A DNA stretch of 64,000 bases from an uncultured Bacteroidales bacterium. Its GTDB lineage: Bacteria > Bacteroidota > Bacteroidia > Bacteroidales > VadinHA17. Each line of letters opens with the position of its first letter. Position 1 is the stretch's first letter. The stretch is taken from assembly GCA_963831935.1 (NCBI GenBank), contig CAWHSH010000001.1:672378-736377 (forward strand), in the 5' to 3' direction. A model generated the notes under the pieces. That model was not told the DNA's origin. It was given only the letters and a program-made list of their open reading frames with translations, and did not search any database. Both the position numbers and the translations under genes were made by a program. Positions 9,828-21,431 of the stretch are shown in pieces.

Positions 9828-11964
9828 TTAGATTCCAGATAATGGAAGCCTTATTGAGAATGTACTGCCATGTCCCGGCTCGCTTTCAACACTGACATTA
9901 CCATGATGGGCTTCCACAATTTGTTTAACCAAAGTCAATCCAAGTCCGCTACCTTTGATCGTTCTCGTTAACTCATCACCTCCGCGGTAAAAACGCTCAA
10001 AAATTTTATCAATTTCTTCCTTTTTGATGCCAATACCGAAGTCTTTTACTGAAATATTCAGGTATTTCCCTTCCACAAACGCCCTGACGATTATATTTCT
10101 GGCCTCACCGGAATATTTGATGGCATTATCTATCAGATTAGTAATTGCCTGGGTAATAGATTCTCTATCTGCTTTAATTGCTGGCAATGGCTTTTCGGTT
10201 TCTAGCTGAATAACAAAATCTTTATGGCGCATCTGGTCCTGAATGACTGATACTATCTGATGCAACAATGAACCTGTATCCACTGCCTGAAAATCAAATT
10301 TTTTCCTGCCCTCCTCTATTTTTGCAAAATCCAATATGTTATCAATGAGTAAAGTAAGCCTTTCACTTTGTTCTACAAGAACATCGTAATATTCCTGCCT
10401 GCGATCTTCAGAAGGAACCCGGCCTGACTGAAGCATCTCTGCAAGCTGCCGAATCGAGGATAAAGGACTTTTAAACTCGTGGGAAATGGTGGAGACAAAA
10501 TCAGATTTCATCTTCGAAAGTTCAAGTTCATGAGCAATTGTCCGGTTGGTCAGGACCAATCCAAATAAGAGTATCCCTGCAAGCAGAATAAACGCTAAGA
10601 AATAAATCCCTCTTCTTGAAAACAAAAAGGTTTCAAAAAGATCCGAATCCTTTTGATACAGCTCAACAAACCATGGCGGAAATCCTCCTTCAAAATTTGT
10701 TCTGACAGTTACAGAACCTGAAGGGGAGTTTTCAGACTTCAAAATGGCTTTTTCATCCCTTCCTTTTACGATCCATGAGATGTTTCTTCTGAATTTACAT
10801 TACTTTGTCAATACCTGGAATAGAATGCTGTCTCTCAGATAATCGGCGTTAAGCAGAAGTCCCCTGATTTCATTTCCGCGGTTTTCATTTCTGGTATATT
10901 GCCCCAACAATGAAACAAGATACGTATGTTCTCCGACCTCCAGTATAAATCGCCTGGCTGAGCTTTGGGATTCTTTTATGTCAGGAGCAATTTTGGCCTT
11001 CAGATCTGCTCCTGAATTCTCCTGAAAGGCAAGTAATCGCTCAGTGTTTTTTCTTTGGTTTTGTTCTTCTGCTTTCAACACAGTAAAATCGTTCTGGTAT
11101 GATTTTATTGGTTCAGTTAATCGTGCCTGTGAAAAGATATTGTTAATCGATTCATTCAAATGCTGCAAAAAAAAGTCATACTGAGCTCGTTCCAGTATCC
11201 ATCTCCTGTTTATAAGATCTTTGTACAAATCAGAGATTGTTTTTACAGCGGATAAAGTATCACCGGTTGTCATTAATAAAGAAGCTGATTTCAGATTGTG
11301 CAGCCAATCCAAGTGGAATCCCGCCTGTGGTTCGGACGTTGTTGTAATCCCTGGCAATTACCTCGTATGTTTTTAATGCATCCTGAAAGAGGGCTGATTT
11401 TTTTTGAACTCTGGCAATAGAGCTCAGCAGTTCTCCTTTAAACTGAGGATCGGACGTTTGTTTAAAATCCTTCTGGTAGCTGGCCAGAGCCTTAGGGTAT
11501 TTTTTCAGTAGAAATTCCAGTTGTTGTCCGTCCGGGACTTTTCTGGCCGCCGCGGAAGTTCGTGACGGAGAAGATAATGATTGAATACTGCCATCAGGCA
11601 GAAATAAAAGTTTTGCTAAGGGGAAGAGGATTTTTTCATATTTATCCGCGATAAATACTTCCTCCACTAATGGATTTTGTTTTTTTAAGCTGTCAATGGA
11701 ACGGATCAATCCTGGCTGAAAGATATCCTGATTTTTGCTAAACATTAGTAAAAAAGTCTGTTCAACTTTAAGAATATTTTCTTCAACCGACCTGGTAATC
11801 AGTTCCAAAATTTTACGATGGTCATTCAGATTTTCTTTTTCCAGCAGTGCCTGATCATTCTGAATCCCCCGGAAGGCCAGGTAGCCCAATAGCAGGCAGG
11901 GAATCCCGATACCGGTAAGAAAGAGAAGCGGTATCCTTTTACTCTTATGGAATGATATTCCCAC
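9828..11964 (-). CDS. Sensor histidine kinase HK3 with TPR-like periplasmic domain, frameshifted
   Basis: ORFs 11260-11964 ([14 protein letters not shown]), 10800-11357, 9828-10742 ([23 protein letters not shown]). Confidence 0.85.
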
Positions 11965-12077
11965 GGTATGTTTTCAGAACGTTTTGAGGCAGTATAATAA
12001 TAGTTTAGTCATACTAATTTACGAAAACAAGATAAGATAAGGTATCAACATCAGTATGTGTTTGAGCTGTTTGATAA

Positions 12078-14083
12078 TTATTTTGGCAGGAAGTTCTCCA
12101 TTACCCACAGCTCACTTTTAGATTTCTCACTGACACTATATACAAAATTCTTATTATCAGGACTAAGCGCGAAGGAAATCATCTTCGGAACTGAAATATC
12201 GAGCTTTAATGGGTTTCCGTCCTGGACCGGGATCCGCCAGATTTTGCTGGGTTCATTATCATAGTCACTTATTGCCCTGGCTATTATATTACGTCCGTCA
12301 CCTGTCCACTTCAGTCTGTAATACTGAGCTAAACCATTGCAAAGGACCTTTGGCTCACCTCCGATGAGCGGGATAGTCATTATTACGTCCTTATTATGGA
12401 AAACTGCTTCTTTGCCATCTGGTGAGATATCGTACGAGAATGCAGATTTAATAATTTCTGATTCCTTGCCAGTCTCGAGATCAAGTTTTGATATTAACAT
12501 CACCCCTCCTTTCAGGAAAACCAGAGTTTTACCATCGGGACAAAGGTGTGGATTAAATTTGGCCTGGCCTGCCAGCTTTGTTATTGCACTGGTTTCAATA
12601 TCAATTCTGAAAATAGAGCTTTCTTTTTGTGTAATCCCGAGAGCAATAATTGAATGTCCGTCAGGTGCCCATGAGATCTGGTTAACAAACCTGAGATCAG
12701 GTGTCAGTACTTTTTCTGCTCCTGTTGAAACGGTACGGATCGTAAGTAAGTTGTTCCCCGGACCAATACCACCTCTTTGTGAAAGGTAAGCCAGGTATTT
12801 GCCATCGGGTGACCATAATAGATTAGCAGGTGGTCCGGTATGCCGTGTCGTGACCTTTGAAGGTGATGTCAATATTTTTCCGGTTTCAGGGTCGATCGTA
12901 CCATTGTAAAGACCGCCTGATGGAGTGCTGACTTTGTAATAGAAAGATCCGTCCGGAGTTATGCCACAATATTCAGGATAGTAACCAAAATCTTTTTTTA
13001 GCAGTTCCGGTTCACCCTGTTGTTTTCCATTCGTAATCCGGACGGTCCATATATCCCATGTCCCGGAACGGTCGCTCCGGAAGAGAAGATTCTTCCCGTC
13101 GGGTGTCCATCCAATCAATTGATCCTCTGAGGGGTGCCCGGCAACGACAATTTCGTTGCGCCCGTCAGACAGTTAACAGGAAGATATCCCCGTTCGGAGG
13201 GTCACTATTCCTTACAAAACTGAATGCAATAAGTTTCCCGTCAGGTGAAAAACTGGCTTTTTCAAACATGAATAATTCTGAAGGAATATCCCTCAGAACT
13301 CTGACTGACCCATCGGTGGTTGAGATCAGGGATAATTTATTCACATTATCTTTACCCAAAAGACCGACAATGAGTTTTAAGTTATAAGACCAGTCAAATG
13401 GGTAAAACACACTGTCCTTATCGCTGAAAAGTGTCCGGATTTCCGAACCATCCAGATTTCTGATCATCAGCTGAGGGTACCAATCCTTTGTATACGAATC
13501 ATATACAATTTGTTTTCCGTCGGGTGATAAGACCTGGTACATAGATTCCATGTCTGATTCGCTCCATGGTCCAGTATTCTTTATTACGCTTTTCTGGCCA
13601 CTTGTAATATCGAACTGGATATACATCTCCCTTTTCGAGGTTTAAACCAGTTATGCATCTGCCATCTGAGGTCAGACGACCTTCGACACCGGTTGCATCC
13701 TGGAGAATCCTGCGTGTAACAAATCCTTTTTTATCTTCGGGCCTGCCAAGACCTGACAGTCTAACTTTTGCCTGAGCCACAATGTCAGATTGATCGGCAT
13801 AATCGCGCACTACCCTTTCATAGGCTTTCTGAGCTTCTTTAATACCCAGTCTTTCTTTACATATTCCGGAATGCAGCAGTGATTTTGCCGCAGACGGACG
13901 GTTTTCAGGATACTGCTTAATAACCGCTTCATAGATCTTAATAGCAGCATCCAGCTCTCCTTCGATTTCTTCCTTGTATAAGGCTGACTGGTAAAGTTGT
14001 TCAGCGGTTTGCTGGGCGTATACGGATGACAACCCGATAAAGGTGAAAACAACGACAACAGCGATAAAGTGATGTGACTTCAT
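12078..14083 (-). CDS. Secreted TPR + PD40 beta-propeller protein (propeller 3'), frameshifted
   Basis: ATG 14083 behind GGAGG; signal peptide VYA-QQTAEQLYQSALYKEEIEGELDAAI; WSPDG repeats in ORFs 13165-13626 and 12078-13118; ends LWVMENFLPK*. Confidence 0.87.
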
Positions 14084-14127
14084 GTTCAATCCCTCCTTTT
14101 TTTAATGAACTTTTTATTTTACAGGAA

Positions 14128-14196
14128 CAAACATATTATTACTATGATTCTGATGCATGAAGCTTCTGTGTATATTGTGTTAAGATTTGGTCAAGT
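14128..14196 (-). promoter_or_regulatory. Promoter of propeller 3': Bacteroidetes -7 box plus operator 20-mer
   Basis: TATGTTTG (TAnnTTTG) on - strand at 14128-14135; GTGTTAAGATTTGGTCAAGT at 14177-14196. Confidence 0.6.
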
Positions 14197-14213
14197 TCGA
14201 TATCTAATATAGT

Positions 14214-14430
14214 AAATATTACGGTGCTCTGCACCTATGTTTACATTATTCAATTGCATTTCTACAAATATTTTGCAGCCCTGCTGCTTTGTATCAGGTC
14301 CAAATGATGCAGGCACAAAACTTATTGCAGATAAATTCTTGTGATTTGTAAAAGGTGCAGAGCACCATGATATTTGTAGCATATAAATGTTTGTAATGGA
14401 ATGTATAGGTGCAGCGCACCTAAATATTTA
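14214..14430. repeat. Cluster of four REP-like units (GGTGC-N3-GCACC hairpin with CTACAAATATT foot) in inverted arrangement
   Basis: GGTGCTCTGCACC 14223-14235, CTACAAATATTTTGCAGCCCTGCTGC about 14262-14287, AGGTGCAGAGCACC..ATATTTGTAG 14353-14379, AGGTGCAGCGCACCT 14407-14421. Confidence 0.7.
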
Positions 14431-14433
14431 TAT

Positions 14434-14466
14434 AAAAAAAGGGCACAATAATAAATCTTTGTGCCC
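14434..14466 (-). terminator. Rho-independent terminator of propeller 4
   Basis: GGGCACA...TGTGCCC stem with A7 at 14434-14440 (U-tract on - strand). Confidence 0.7.
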
Positions 14467-14493
14467 CCTGAAAATGTTTTTATTCTGAATTTT

Positions 14494-17400
14494 TTATTTC
14501 GGTAAAAAGTTTTTCATAACCCAGGCCTCTGTGTCACCGCGCCACGTATAATAAACAATCTGTTGACCGTCAGGGTGTATACGGAGGTGACGCAGCAAAC
14601 CGTCTATTTTTAAATCGAGCCGTTGAGGTTCACCTCCTTCTGCAGATACGCGCCACAATTGCCAACTGGTTTGTCCCAGATCCGTATTTTTCGTTTTCGT
14701 GAGCATTACAGCATAAATCAAATACCGGCCGTCAGGTGTCCAGGCGATTACTCTGGAGGCCCAACCCATGCCACCGACATTGACAAGTTGTTTTGATGGT
14801 CCGCCGGACACCGGCATGATGTAAATTCCTGTGGAGCCTGCTTTATCTCCGGCACCAATGAATGCCAGCTGCTTACCATCAGGAGAAAGGGCAATCGGAA
14901 CCAGTGGTGTGTTCCCCGGATGGGCTAACTCCTTTTCCTGACCAGTCTGTAAGTCAAAGGAATAATGCCTGACGTCATATGCAGCCTCACCATCAGGAAT
15001 GCCCGACCCTGCAACTGCAGAGTAGAAGATCATGTTCCCATCGGGTGATATTTCCAGGCCGGGCGCACCGACAAAGTGGCGCGCCACTATGAGCCTGGCT
15101 TCTCCAGTATTAGAATCTACACGGAAAAGACCTTCTTTTTTGGTTTTATCTGTTCCATTGACGAAAAGAGAACGTCCGTCGGGCGCCCAGCGCAAGCTGA
15201 AACCTATCTCAAGAGCTGGTTTGAGCAACTGCTCCTTTCCTGTTTCGAGTGAGCGTATCACTATAGTATTACCCTGCTCTTCCGCTGAACCCCGGTTCGA
15301 TATGTAAGCCATGAATTTGCCATCACGTGAGAAGTCCGGACGCCAGTTGGAGCCCAGGTAACTTCCGGCAGTTTCTACTGGTTGGGAGAGTAGTTTGCCG
15401 GAATCGAAATCCAATTTTGCTGTAAAAATGTTGTGACCTCCTACTGATTCATGAAAGTAGAAGTCACCTGATTGGGTGAATCCAATGCCTTCAATCTCTC
15501 CCATATTCTTGCGTACCAATGCCGGTTCTCCCTGAATCTTTCCGCCAGATACAGTAACCAGCCATGCATCACGGGTGCCACTGCGGTCACTGGTGAAAAG
15601 CAAATGTTTTCCATCAGGCGTCCAACCGAGCAGGCCGTCATCTGAAGGGTGTTTGACCACAGGGGAAGTGTGTTTCGTAGCGATCTCATAAAGGTACACA
15701 TCACGTTGTTGGACATCTTTGATTTGTGGGGTGTCGTATGCGATGTATTTGCCGTCAGGAGAGAAGCACATCGCACCTGAAATCTGAAATGCCAGATCCC
15801 GGACTGAACTATCGGCCATTGTGATTATTGCAGGTCGCCAGGTCTGGTCTTTATTCATGAGCTTGACCAGAATGTATTTTCCATTTGAGGACCAACTAAC
15901 AGGCCATGAATCATCGCCTTTATAAATGACTCTTGTTGAGAGCCGTCTGTACTTATGATCCGCAAGTTCAGTCTGGTTTTTCGACCAGATTCGCCAGGTA
16001 TAGGCAACCTGTTTACTGTCGGGTGAGAACAATGAGTATCCTGCATAATCGTTCGATTCCGCCCATGAACCTTTATTTGTGAGCCATCGGTTATCGCCGG
16101 TAACCACATTGTGAATAGCTAAGTCCCCTGTATTCCAATCAGAGTAGGAGATGTAGCGTCCGTCCGGTGAAAGGCGGGCATATGGGGTATTGAGAACATC
16201 ATTTTCAAGCTTTCTCAATGTCAATTGGTTACTTGTTTCGGCTTTTTCCTTTGGTAAAAAGTTTTCCATCACCCAGATTTCGGATTTGGGCTTGCCTGCA
16301 GTGAAAGCTATATGCCTCCCGTCCGGATGGACGGATAGATCGTGCATATTCTCCGCCACGAGCTCCAGTTTCCTGGGTTCACCGCTCTGAAGAGGTATCT
16401 GCCACAGCTCGGTTTTAGAGCCACCTGGGGTGGTCGATCTGACGAAGAGTAAGCTCCGTCCATCAGAAGCCCATACTATTGTGCCAAACGCGATGGGAAT
16501 CAGCGATTTATCCTCATCCTCAAGCAGTAGCTCACGTGCTTCTCCTCCCGTAGATGGTATGACCTTGATGATCCTTGAATCCGATTCAGAAACTGAAAAT
16601 GCCAATTGCTCCCCATCACGCGATAGAGTAAGACCTGTCGTATAATAGGAGGAATTTGAAAAGGTGAGATTATAAATTTCCTTCCACTGGCCAGTCTCAA
16701 GATCCTGCACCACTATAGGATACTTTCCTGTGTCGGAAACAGTCCGAAAGGAGAAAATCGTCTTACTATCACGCGCCCAGGCTGCCGGCCAACCGAGGTG
16801 AGGTGTCATAAGATACTTGTATTCGCCGGTTTGAATGTTGATTCGGAACGTTCCAATCTCACCGGTGGGATCTTGTGCGGAAGCAAGCAAGGAGCGGCCA
16901 TCAGGGGACCAACGAACCCAGGCTAATTTGTTGAGCTTGGAGAAGAGTTCATGTACATCTCCGCTTTCGGTGGAACGGACACAAATAGCCCTGGTTCCCC
17001 ACGGATTGGGAGAGCGTTGTGAAAGATAAAGCAATTGCTGTCCATCTGCCGACCAGTTGGGACAGAAATTGGACCCCGCAAAACGTTGGGTAGCCAGACT
17101 CGGTGCGGAAATAAGTTTGCCTGTCACAAGATCAAGCTCGGCGATATACACATCCTTAATCTCCTTCAGGATGCCGGAGTAGTATAAACCGTTTCTGGTA
17201 AAACCCATAGGTATGAAGTCCGGTCCCAGGTCAGGTTTGAGCAGCTCTGGAGTTCCCTGGGACTGCCCCTCAATAACCTTAACCCACCAGAGGCCAGCAG
17301 TCCCGGTACGATCGCTGCGGAACAGGATTCCTTTGCCATCTGGTGTCCAGTCTAAAACAATATCATCAGCAGGGTCCTGAATCAGCTGAGTTTCACTCCC

Positions 17401-18333
17401 CCCGTTAAGATTATGGACAAAGATGTCCTTCTCCCTTGATTCTCGGCTCTGCTGCAAGGTGTAAGCAATGTAGTGGCCATCGCGAGAGAACCGGGAGGGA
17501 CCGGGTGTAAGCTTATCGAAGTCCTTCAGCACTTGCACGGAACCGTCCTGCACGGAAACCAGGACCATCTGACATGTCTTGTCCTCAAGTGAAAGAATGA
17601 TCAGAATGCTTTTTCCGTCCGGGGACCAATCCTCGAGATCTATCCAAGTAACCCTGGCATCGCTGTAAAGAACTCTTGGCTCAGTCCCATCCAATCCAAT
17701 AATACGCAAGTCAATTTGTCCATTATCATTATGGTACAAGGTGTAGGCCAAAAGCTTGCCGTCAGGCGACCATCTGGAGTCATAGGCACCATGCTCGATA
17801 TCCTCCTTAGTGAGAAAGCGCTTTTTTTCGGTGCCGATTTCATAAATGGTGAGTACGAGAGAACCATCCTCCGCATATGAGAGATATCTGCCGTCCGGCG
17901 AAACCGTTCCCAGCACACCCATACCTGACAATTCTTTTACCCTTCTGATACTTAATTCTTTATCCTCTCTTGCTGCAACGGCTTCGGCTTTCAGGAGAAG
18001 ACTCAGTTTTTCATTTGCCAGTTTAACTGATTCAGTTTGCTCAGGATAACTGCTAACCACTTTCTGGTAAGCTTTTTGTGCTTCTTTTACACCTAATTTT
18101 TCATAGCAGAGCCCAATATACAGTTGAGATTTCGCAGCATATTCCCTCTCCTTCGGATATTTTTTAATAATATCGTTAAAGAGAGCAATAGCTCCATTCA
18201 GGTCTCCTTTTGTTTCCATTGTAAACTTTGCCTTTTCGAAGAGGATCTTGTACTCAGGCGAAGTCTGAAATCCAATTGCTGTCATTAAGACAGCAATAAA
18301 GGCGACTAAAATAATAGTTTTTTTATGATTCAT
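14494..18333 (-). CDS. Secreted TPR + tandem-duplicated PD40 beta-propeller protein (propeller 4, 1279 aa)
   Basis: Intact ORF behind AGGAGG; signal peptide, TPR (YIGLCYEKLG), many WSPDG/WTPDG motifs; WVMENFLPK internally and WVMKNFLPK* at the end. Confidence 0.92.
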   Translation of the reverse strand: MNHKKTIILVAFIAVLMTAIGFQTSPEYKILFEKAKFTMETKGDLNGAIALFNDIIKKYPKEREYAAKSQLYIGLCYEKLGVKEAQKAYQKVVSSYPEQTESVKLANEKLSLLLKAEAVAAREDKELSIRRVKELSGMGVLGTVSPDGRYLSYAEDGSLVLTIYEIGTEKKRFLTKEDIEHGAYDSRWSPDGKLLAYTLYHNDNGQIDLRIIGLDGTEPRVLYSDARVTWIDLEDWSPDGKSILIILSLEDKTCQMVLVSVQDGSVQVLKDFDKLTPGPSRFSRDGHYIAYTLQQSRESREKDIFVHNLNGGSETQLIQDPADDIVLDWTPDGKGILFRSDRTGTAGLWWVKVIEGQSQGTPELLKPDLGPDFIPMGFTRNGLYYSGILKEIKDVYIAELDLVTGKLISAPSLATQRFAGSNFCPNWSADGQQLLYLSQRSPNPWGTRAICVRSTESGDVHELFSKLNKLAWVRWSPDGRSLLASAQDPTGEIGTFRINIQTGEYKYLMTPHLGWPAAWARDSKTIFSFRTVSDTGKYPIVVQDLETGQWKEIYNLTFSNSSYYTTGLTLSRDGEQLAFSVSESDSRIIKVIPSTGGEARELLLEDEDKSLIPIAFGTIVWASDGRSLLFVRSTTPGGSKTELWQIPLQSGEPRKLELVAENMHDLSVHPDGRHIAFTAGKPKSEIWVMENFLPKEKAETSNQLTLRKLENDVLNTPYARLSPDGRYISYSDWNTGDLAIHNVVTGDNRWLTNKGSWAESNDYAGYSLFSPDSKQVAYTWRIWSKNQTELADHKYRRLSTRVIYKGDDSWPVSWSSNGKYILVKLMNKDQTWRPAIITMADSSVRDLAFQISGAMCFSPDGKYIAYDTPQIKDVQQRDVYLYEIATKHTSPVVKHPSDDGLLGWTPDGKHLLFTSDRSGTRDAWLVTVSGGKIQGEPALVRKNMGEIEGIGFTQSGDFYFHESVGGHNIFTAKLDFDSGKLLSQPVETAGSYLGSNWRPDFSRDGKFMAYISNRGSAEEQGNTIVIRSLETGKEQLLKPALEIGFSLRWAPDGRSLFVNGTDKTKKEGLFRVDSNTGEARLIVARHFVGAPGLEISPDGNMIFYSAVAGSGIPDGEAAYDVRHYSFDLQTGQEKELAHPGNTPLVPIALSPDGKQLAFIGAGDKAGSTGIYIMPVSGGPSKQLVNVGGMGWASRVIAWTPDGRYLIYAVMLTKTKNTDLGQTSWQLWRVSAEGGEPQRLDLKIDGLLRHLRIHPDGQQIVYYTWRGDTEAWVMKNFLPK

Positions 18334-18348
18334 GATTTTGCCTCCTGT

Positions 18349-18376
18349 TTGTTAGTGAAATTTAATTCACTAACAA
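18349..18376. promoter_or_regulatory. Perfect 11-bp inverted repeat immediately upstream of the propeller-4 RBS
   Basis: TTGTTAGTGAA-ATTTAA-TTCACTAACAA. Confidence 0.55.
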
Positions 18377-18393
18377 TGTTGCCACTTTTATAT

Positions 18394-18440
18394 TGTCAAC
18401 GTTGTCAAAAAAAAGTAACCAATTGTAAAAGATTGTCGTT
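18394..18440 (-). promoter_or_regulatory. Direct-repeat boxes upstream of propeller 4 (TGTCAA/TGTAAA)
   Basis: TGTCAAC 18394, TGTCAAA 18403, AGTAACC 18414, TGTAAAA 18424, TGTCGTT 18434. Confidence 0.6.
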
Positions 18441-19125
18441 ACCCTGATAAACCGGTAACCTCCTCCATAAACTGAAAGGATATACCGGGGATGAGACGGA
18501 TCTTCCTCAATTTTTTTCCTCAGTTTAAGAATATGATTGTCAATGGTCCGGGTAGTGGGATAACTTTCATATCCCCAGATTTTGTCAAGCAGATCATTTC
18601 TTGATACAACTTCTCCCCTGTGGACGACGAAATATTTTAAAATATCCGTTTCAAGAGAAGTGAGTTCCTGTTCTTTCCCTTTCCGTCTGATTTTAAATCG
18701 GGCAAAATCAATTTCAATATCACCAAAGGAATATATTTCAGGAACTGGTTTCACCCTCTCTTTCAGCATGTCTTAGCCTTGCTTTTATCCGGGCTAAAAG
18801 TTCCCTGATGCTGAAGGGCTTTGGTCATATAATCGTCAGCTCCGATTTCAAGTCCCACCACCTTGTCAATTTCTCCTCCTTTGGCTGTGAGCATGATAAT
18901 CGGTATATTTATATTTTTTTGCCGTAGATTCCGGCAGACCTCAAGACCATCCATCTCAGGCAGCATAATATCAAGAATTATGAGGTCCGGTGCTTCTTCG
19001 ACAGCTTTGCGAAGACCTTCCGTTCCATTAACAGCCCAGTCAACATCGAATCCTTCGTCAGACAGGTTGAGTTTTAATCCTTTAACCAGGTCTGGTTCAT
19101 CTTCTATTATCAGAATCTTCTTCAT
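18439..19125 (-). CDS. OmpR-family response regulator RR4, frameshifted
   Basis: Receiver in 18763-19125, winged helix (RTIDNHILKLRKKIE) in 18362-18769; removing one base gives the normal GYRFIG* end at 18439-18441. Confidence 0.85.
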
Positions 19126-19156
19126 TTGACTGTTTATTTTATTTAATATTATTATC

Positions 19157-19274
19157 CTCAGTCCTCAGTCCTCAGTCTTCAGTCGTCAAGCGACTGTCCC
19201 GAAAAAGCTTGAGCTTTTTCGAGGATACTCGAATCGAAGATTCGGGACCGACTGGAGACTGTGGACTGCAGACT
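19157..19274. repeat. HK-RR junction element copy D (core 19196-19248)
   Basis: (CAGTCCT)3 arm, 53-bp core, GACTG arm ending at the HK4 stop. Confidence 0.9.
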
Positions 19275-21403
19275 TTATGTACTATCCAACGGGAGCCTGA
19301 CAATGAACCTGCTGCCTTTACCGACTTCGCTTTCAACCTCTATTGTACCTCCATGAGCTTCAATAATATGTTTAACCAGGGTAAGACCTAATCCGCTTCC
19401 CCTGGCTTCGGAGGCAATTTTATTCTCCGACTGATAAAATCTCTGGAAGATTTTTGGGATCTCTTTTTGTGAAATGCCAATACCTTTATCTGCGACCTGA
19501 AGAACAGCATTCCCGTTATCCCTGAATAATTTAACGGTCACTTCCTTTTCCTTCGGAGAAAATTTCATGGCATTGCTCAATAAATTAATAAGAACGCTGG
19601 CAATTGCTTCTCCGTCAAAATTCATTTCCGGAAGGTCACGGGCAATATCGCTATGGATGACAAATCCTTTTTTCTCCAGATGATAACGATATGATTCCAG
19701 AGTATCCAGGATAACATCCTGTAAATATCCTTTTTTAAAGTCAAATTCCTTTCTGCCCATTTCAATCCTTGAAAAATCAAGAACGTTGTTGATCAGATGT
19801 GACAGACGTTCACTTTCCTTCGTGATTATTTCATAGCATTCTTTCTTCTCTTTGTTTGTGAGATTTTCTTTACGCTGGAGTGTCTCCCCATAAAGACGAA
19901 TAAGTGTCAGCGGGGTCTTTAGTTCGTGGGAAATATTATTGACAAATTCTGTTTTTAAGCGGGTGGTTTCAGATTCGCGGGAAATGTCACGTGCAATCAG
20001 AACAGCGCCCAAAAGCATTAAAGCCACAATAATAGTCAGAAGGATTCCGTAGAAAAAAATCTCACGGTGTGCAGTCTTCTCAAGTGCTTTTATTTCAGGG
20101 TGAGAAACAAGAAGTTTCCATGGAAGAGGAAACATCACGAAAATTTAAAACCAGAGATTCCTCTGATGTTAATACATCTTTTCCTGATATTATATTTTGA
20201 TCTTTTTCATCAACGATTTTAAAATCCAGTCCGGAATCTTTTGTAATTTCTTCAAGAATTTTTGGTATTATTTGGTTTCTTAAAAGATTGAGATCCCAGC
20301 AGAAGCCTCCATAAAATGTTTGTCCCGATTGAAAATCAGGCAAGATCGTATAAGAAACCAGAAGAAAGATTATTTTCAAAGTCATCAAGAAATCGTTCCG
20401 GCAACATCTTGTCTTTTGCCTGGTACAGTGATAATTTTTCCTTTATTTCCGGAATAGCATTTCTCTTTAATAAATCTATAAAAAGCAGGGTTTGTCTGTA
20501 GGGAGACTGTTGTTTTTGTATATCAGTAAAAGATTTTTGAATTTCAGGAAATTTTCCTTCAATGAGTTTACTGTTTAGAATTGATTCAATTTCTGATACA
20601 TAGAAATCATAAACAGGCTGGTTAATAGGCCAGGTCCCGTTCCGTAATTTTTTCGTAAAGATTAAGTAAGATTTCAAGGGAATTTTCTTCCTCCTTCTTT
20701 TCCCGGGCAATTTCGTATAATTGAAACATAGCCATAATACCATATGGGTGCCCTGCTTTGTTTTGGAATTGTCCGTAGTTTTCGGACAAGTTCATGTATA
20801 TACTTTCTCAGCTTCATCATATTTCTCGGATGATAAAAGGCAGCGTCCCAAACCTTCAAAAGCAAGCGCACGGTATTGTTCTGAATGAGTGTATGAAATA
20901 CACTTCTTATATAATTCAGCAGCCCGTGTATAACTCTTTTTGAGAGAATTCAAAAAATTCGGCTCGTCGGAAGAATTGTGTAAACCTGTCTGTTTTGTAT
21001 TTCCTTTTCCCATTGAATCCCAAATGCATTTTCACTTCCTGTTTCAGGGATAACTATTTTAAATTCAGCATCAAGTAAAAAAAGTTGTCCTGCGAAATCT
21101 TCTGAATATATAGGGTAGTCCGAGGTCAGACTGGTCATCCTTTTTTGATTGCACCAGACTTATAAAATTTTCTGAACTTAGAACTTTTTGTTCCTGCTCA
21201 AGAAGTGCTCCTTCGACGGTTTTAAGGGCAGCTTCTCCTGAAATCCAGAGATTTGATTCAAGAAGTTTTTTAATAGCTTCGCGTCTTTTGGGGAAGGTAC
21301 TTAAACTTAAATATGCCGCAATCAATGAAGGAATAAAAATTGCGAGAAGGAAAATGACGATGATTTTCCTGTGGGTAAATATCCGGTGGGTAAATAGTTT
21401 CAT
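19275..21403 (-). CDS. Sensor histidine kinase HK4 with TPR-like periplasmic domain, multiply frameshifted
   Basis: ORF pieces 21071-21403 (TM), 20792-21013 (TPR, EGLGRCLL), 20336-20743, 20095-20388, 19275-20138 (SHELKTPL, NLLSNAMKF, GSGLGL). Confidence 0.83.
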
Positions 21404-21431
21404 TTCCGGCTAAGGATTGTGATATATAATA

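Noticed and set aside
18362-18438. RR4 C-terminal extension RVTTIFYNWLLFF...
   Set aside because: Results from one extra base in ATC-A-GGG-TAA and runs over the operator boxes; the normal end GYRFIG* is restored by removing it.
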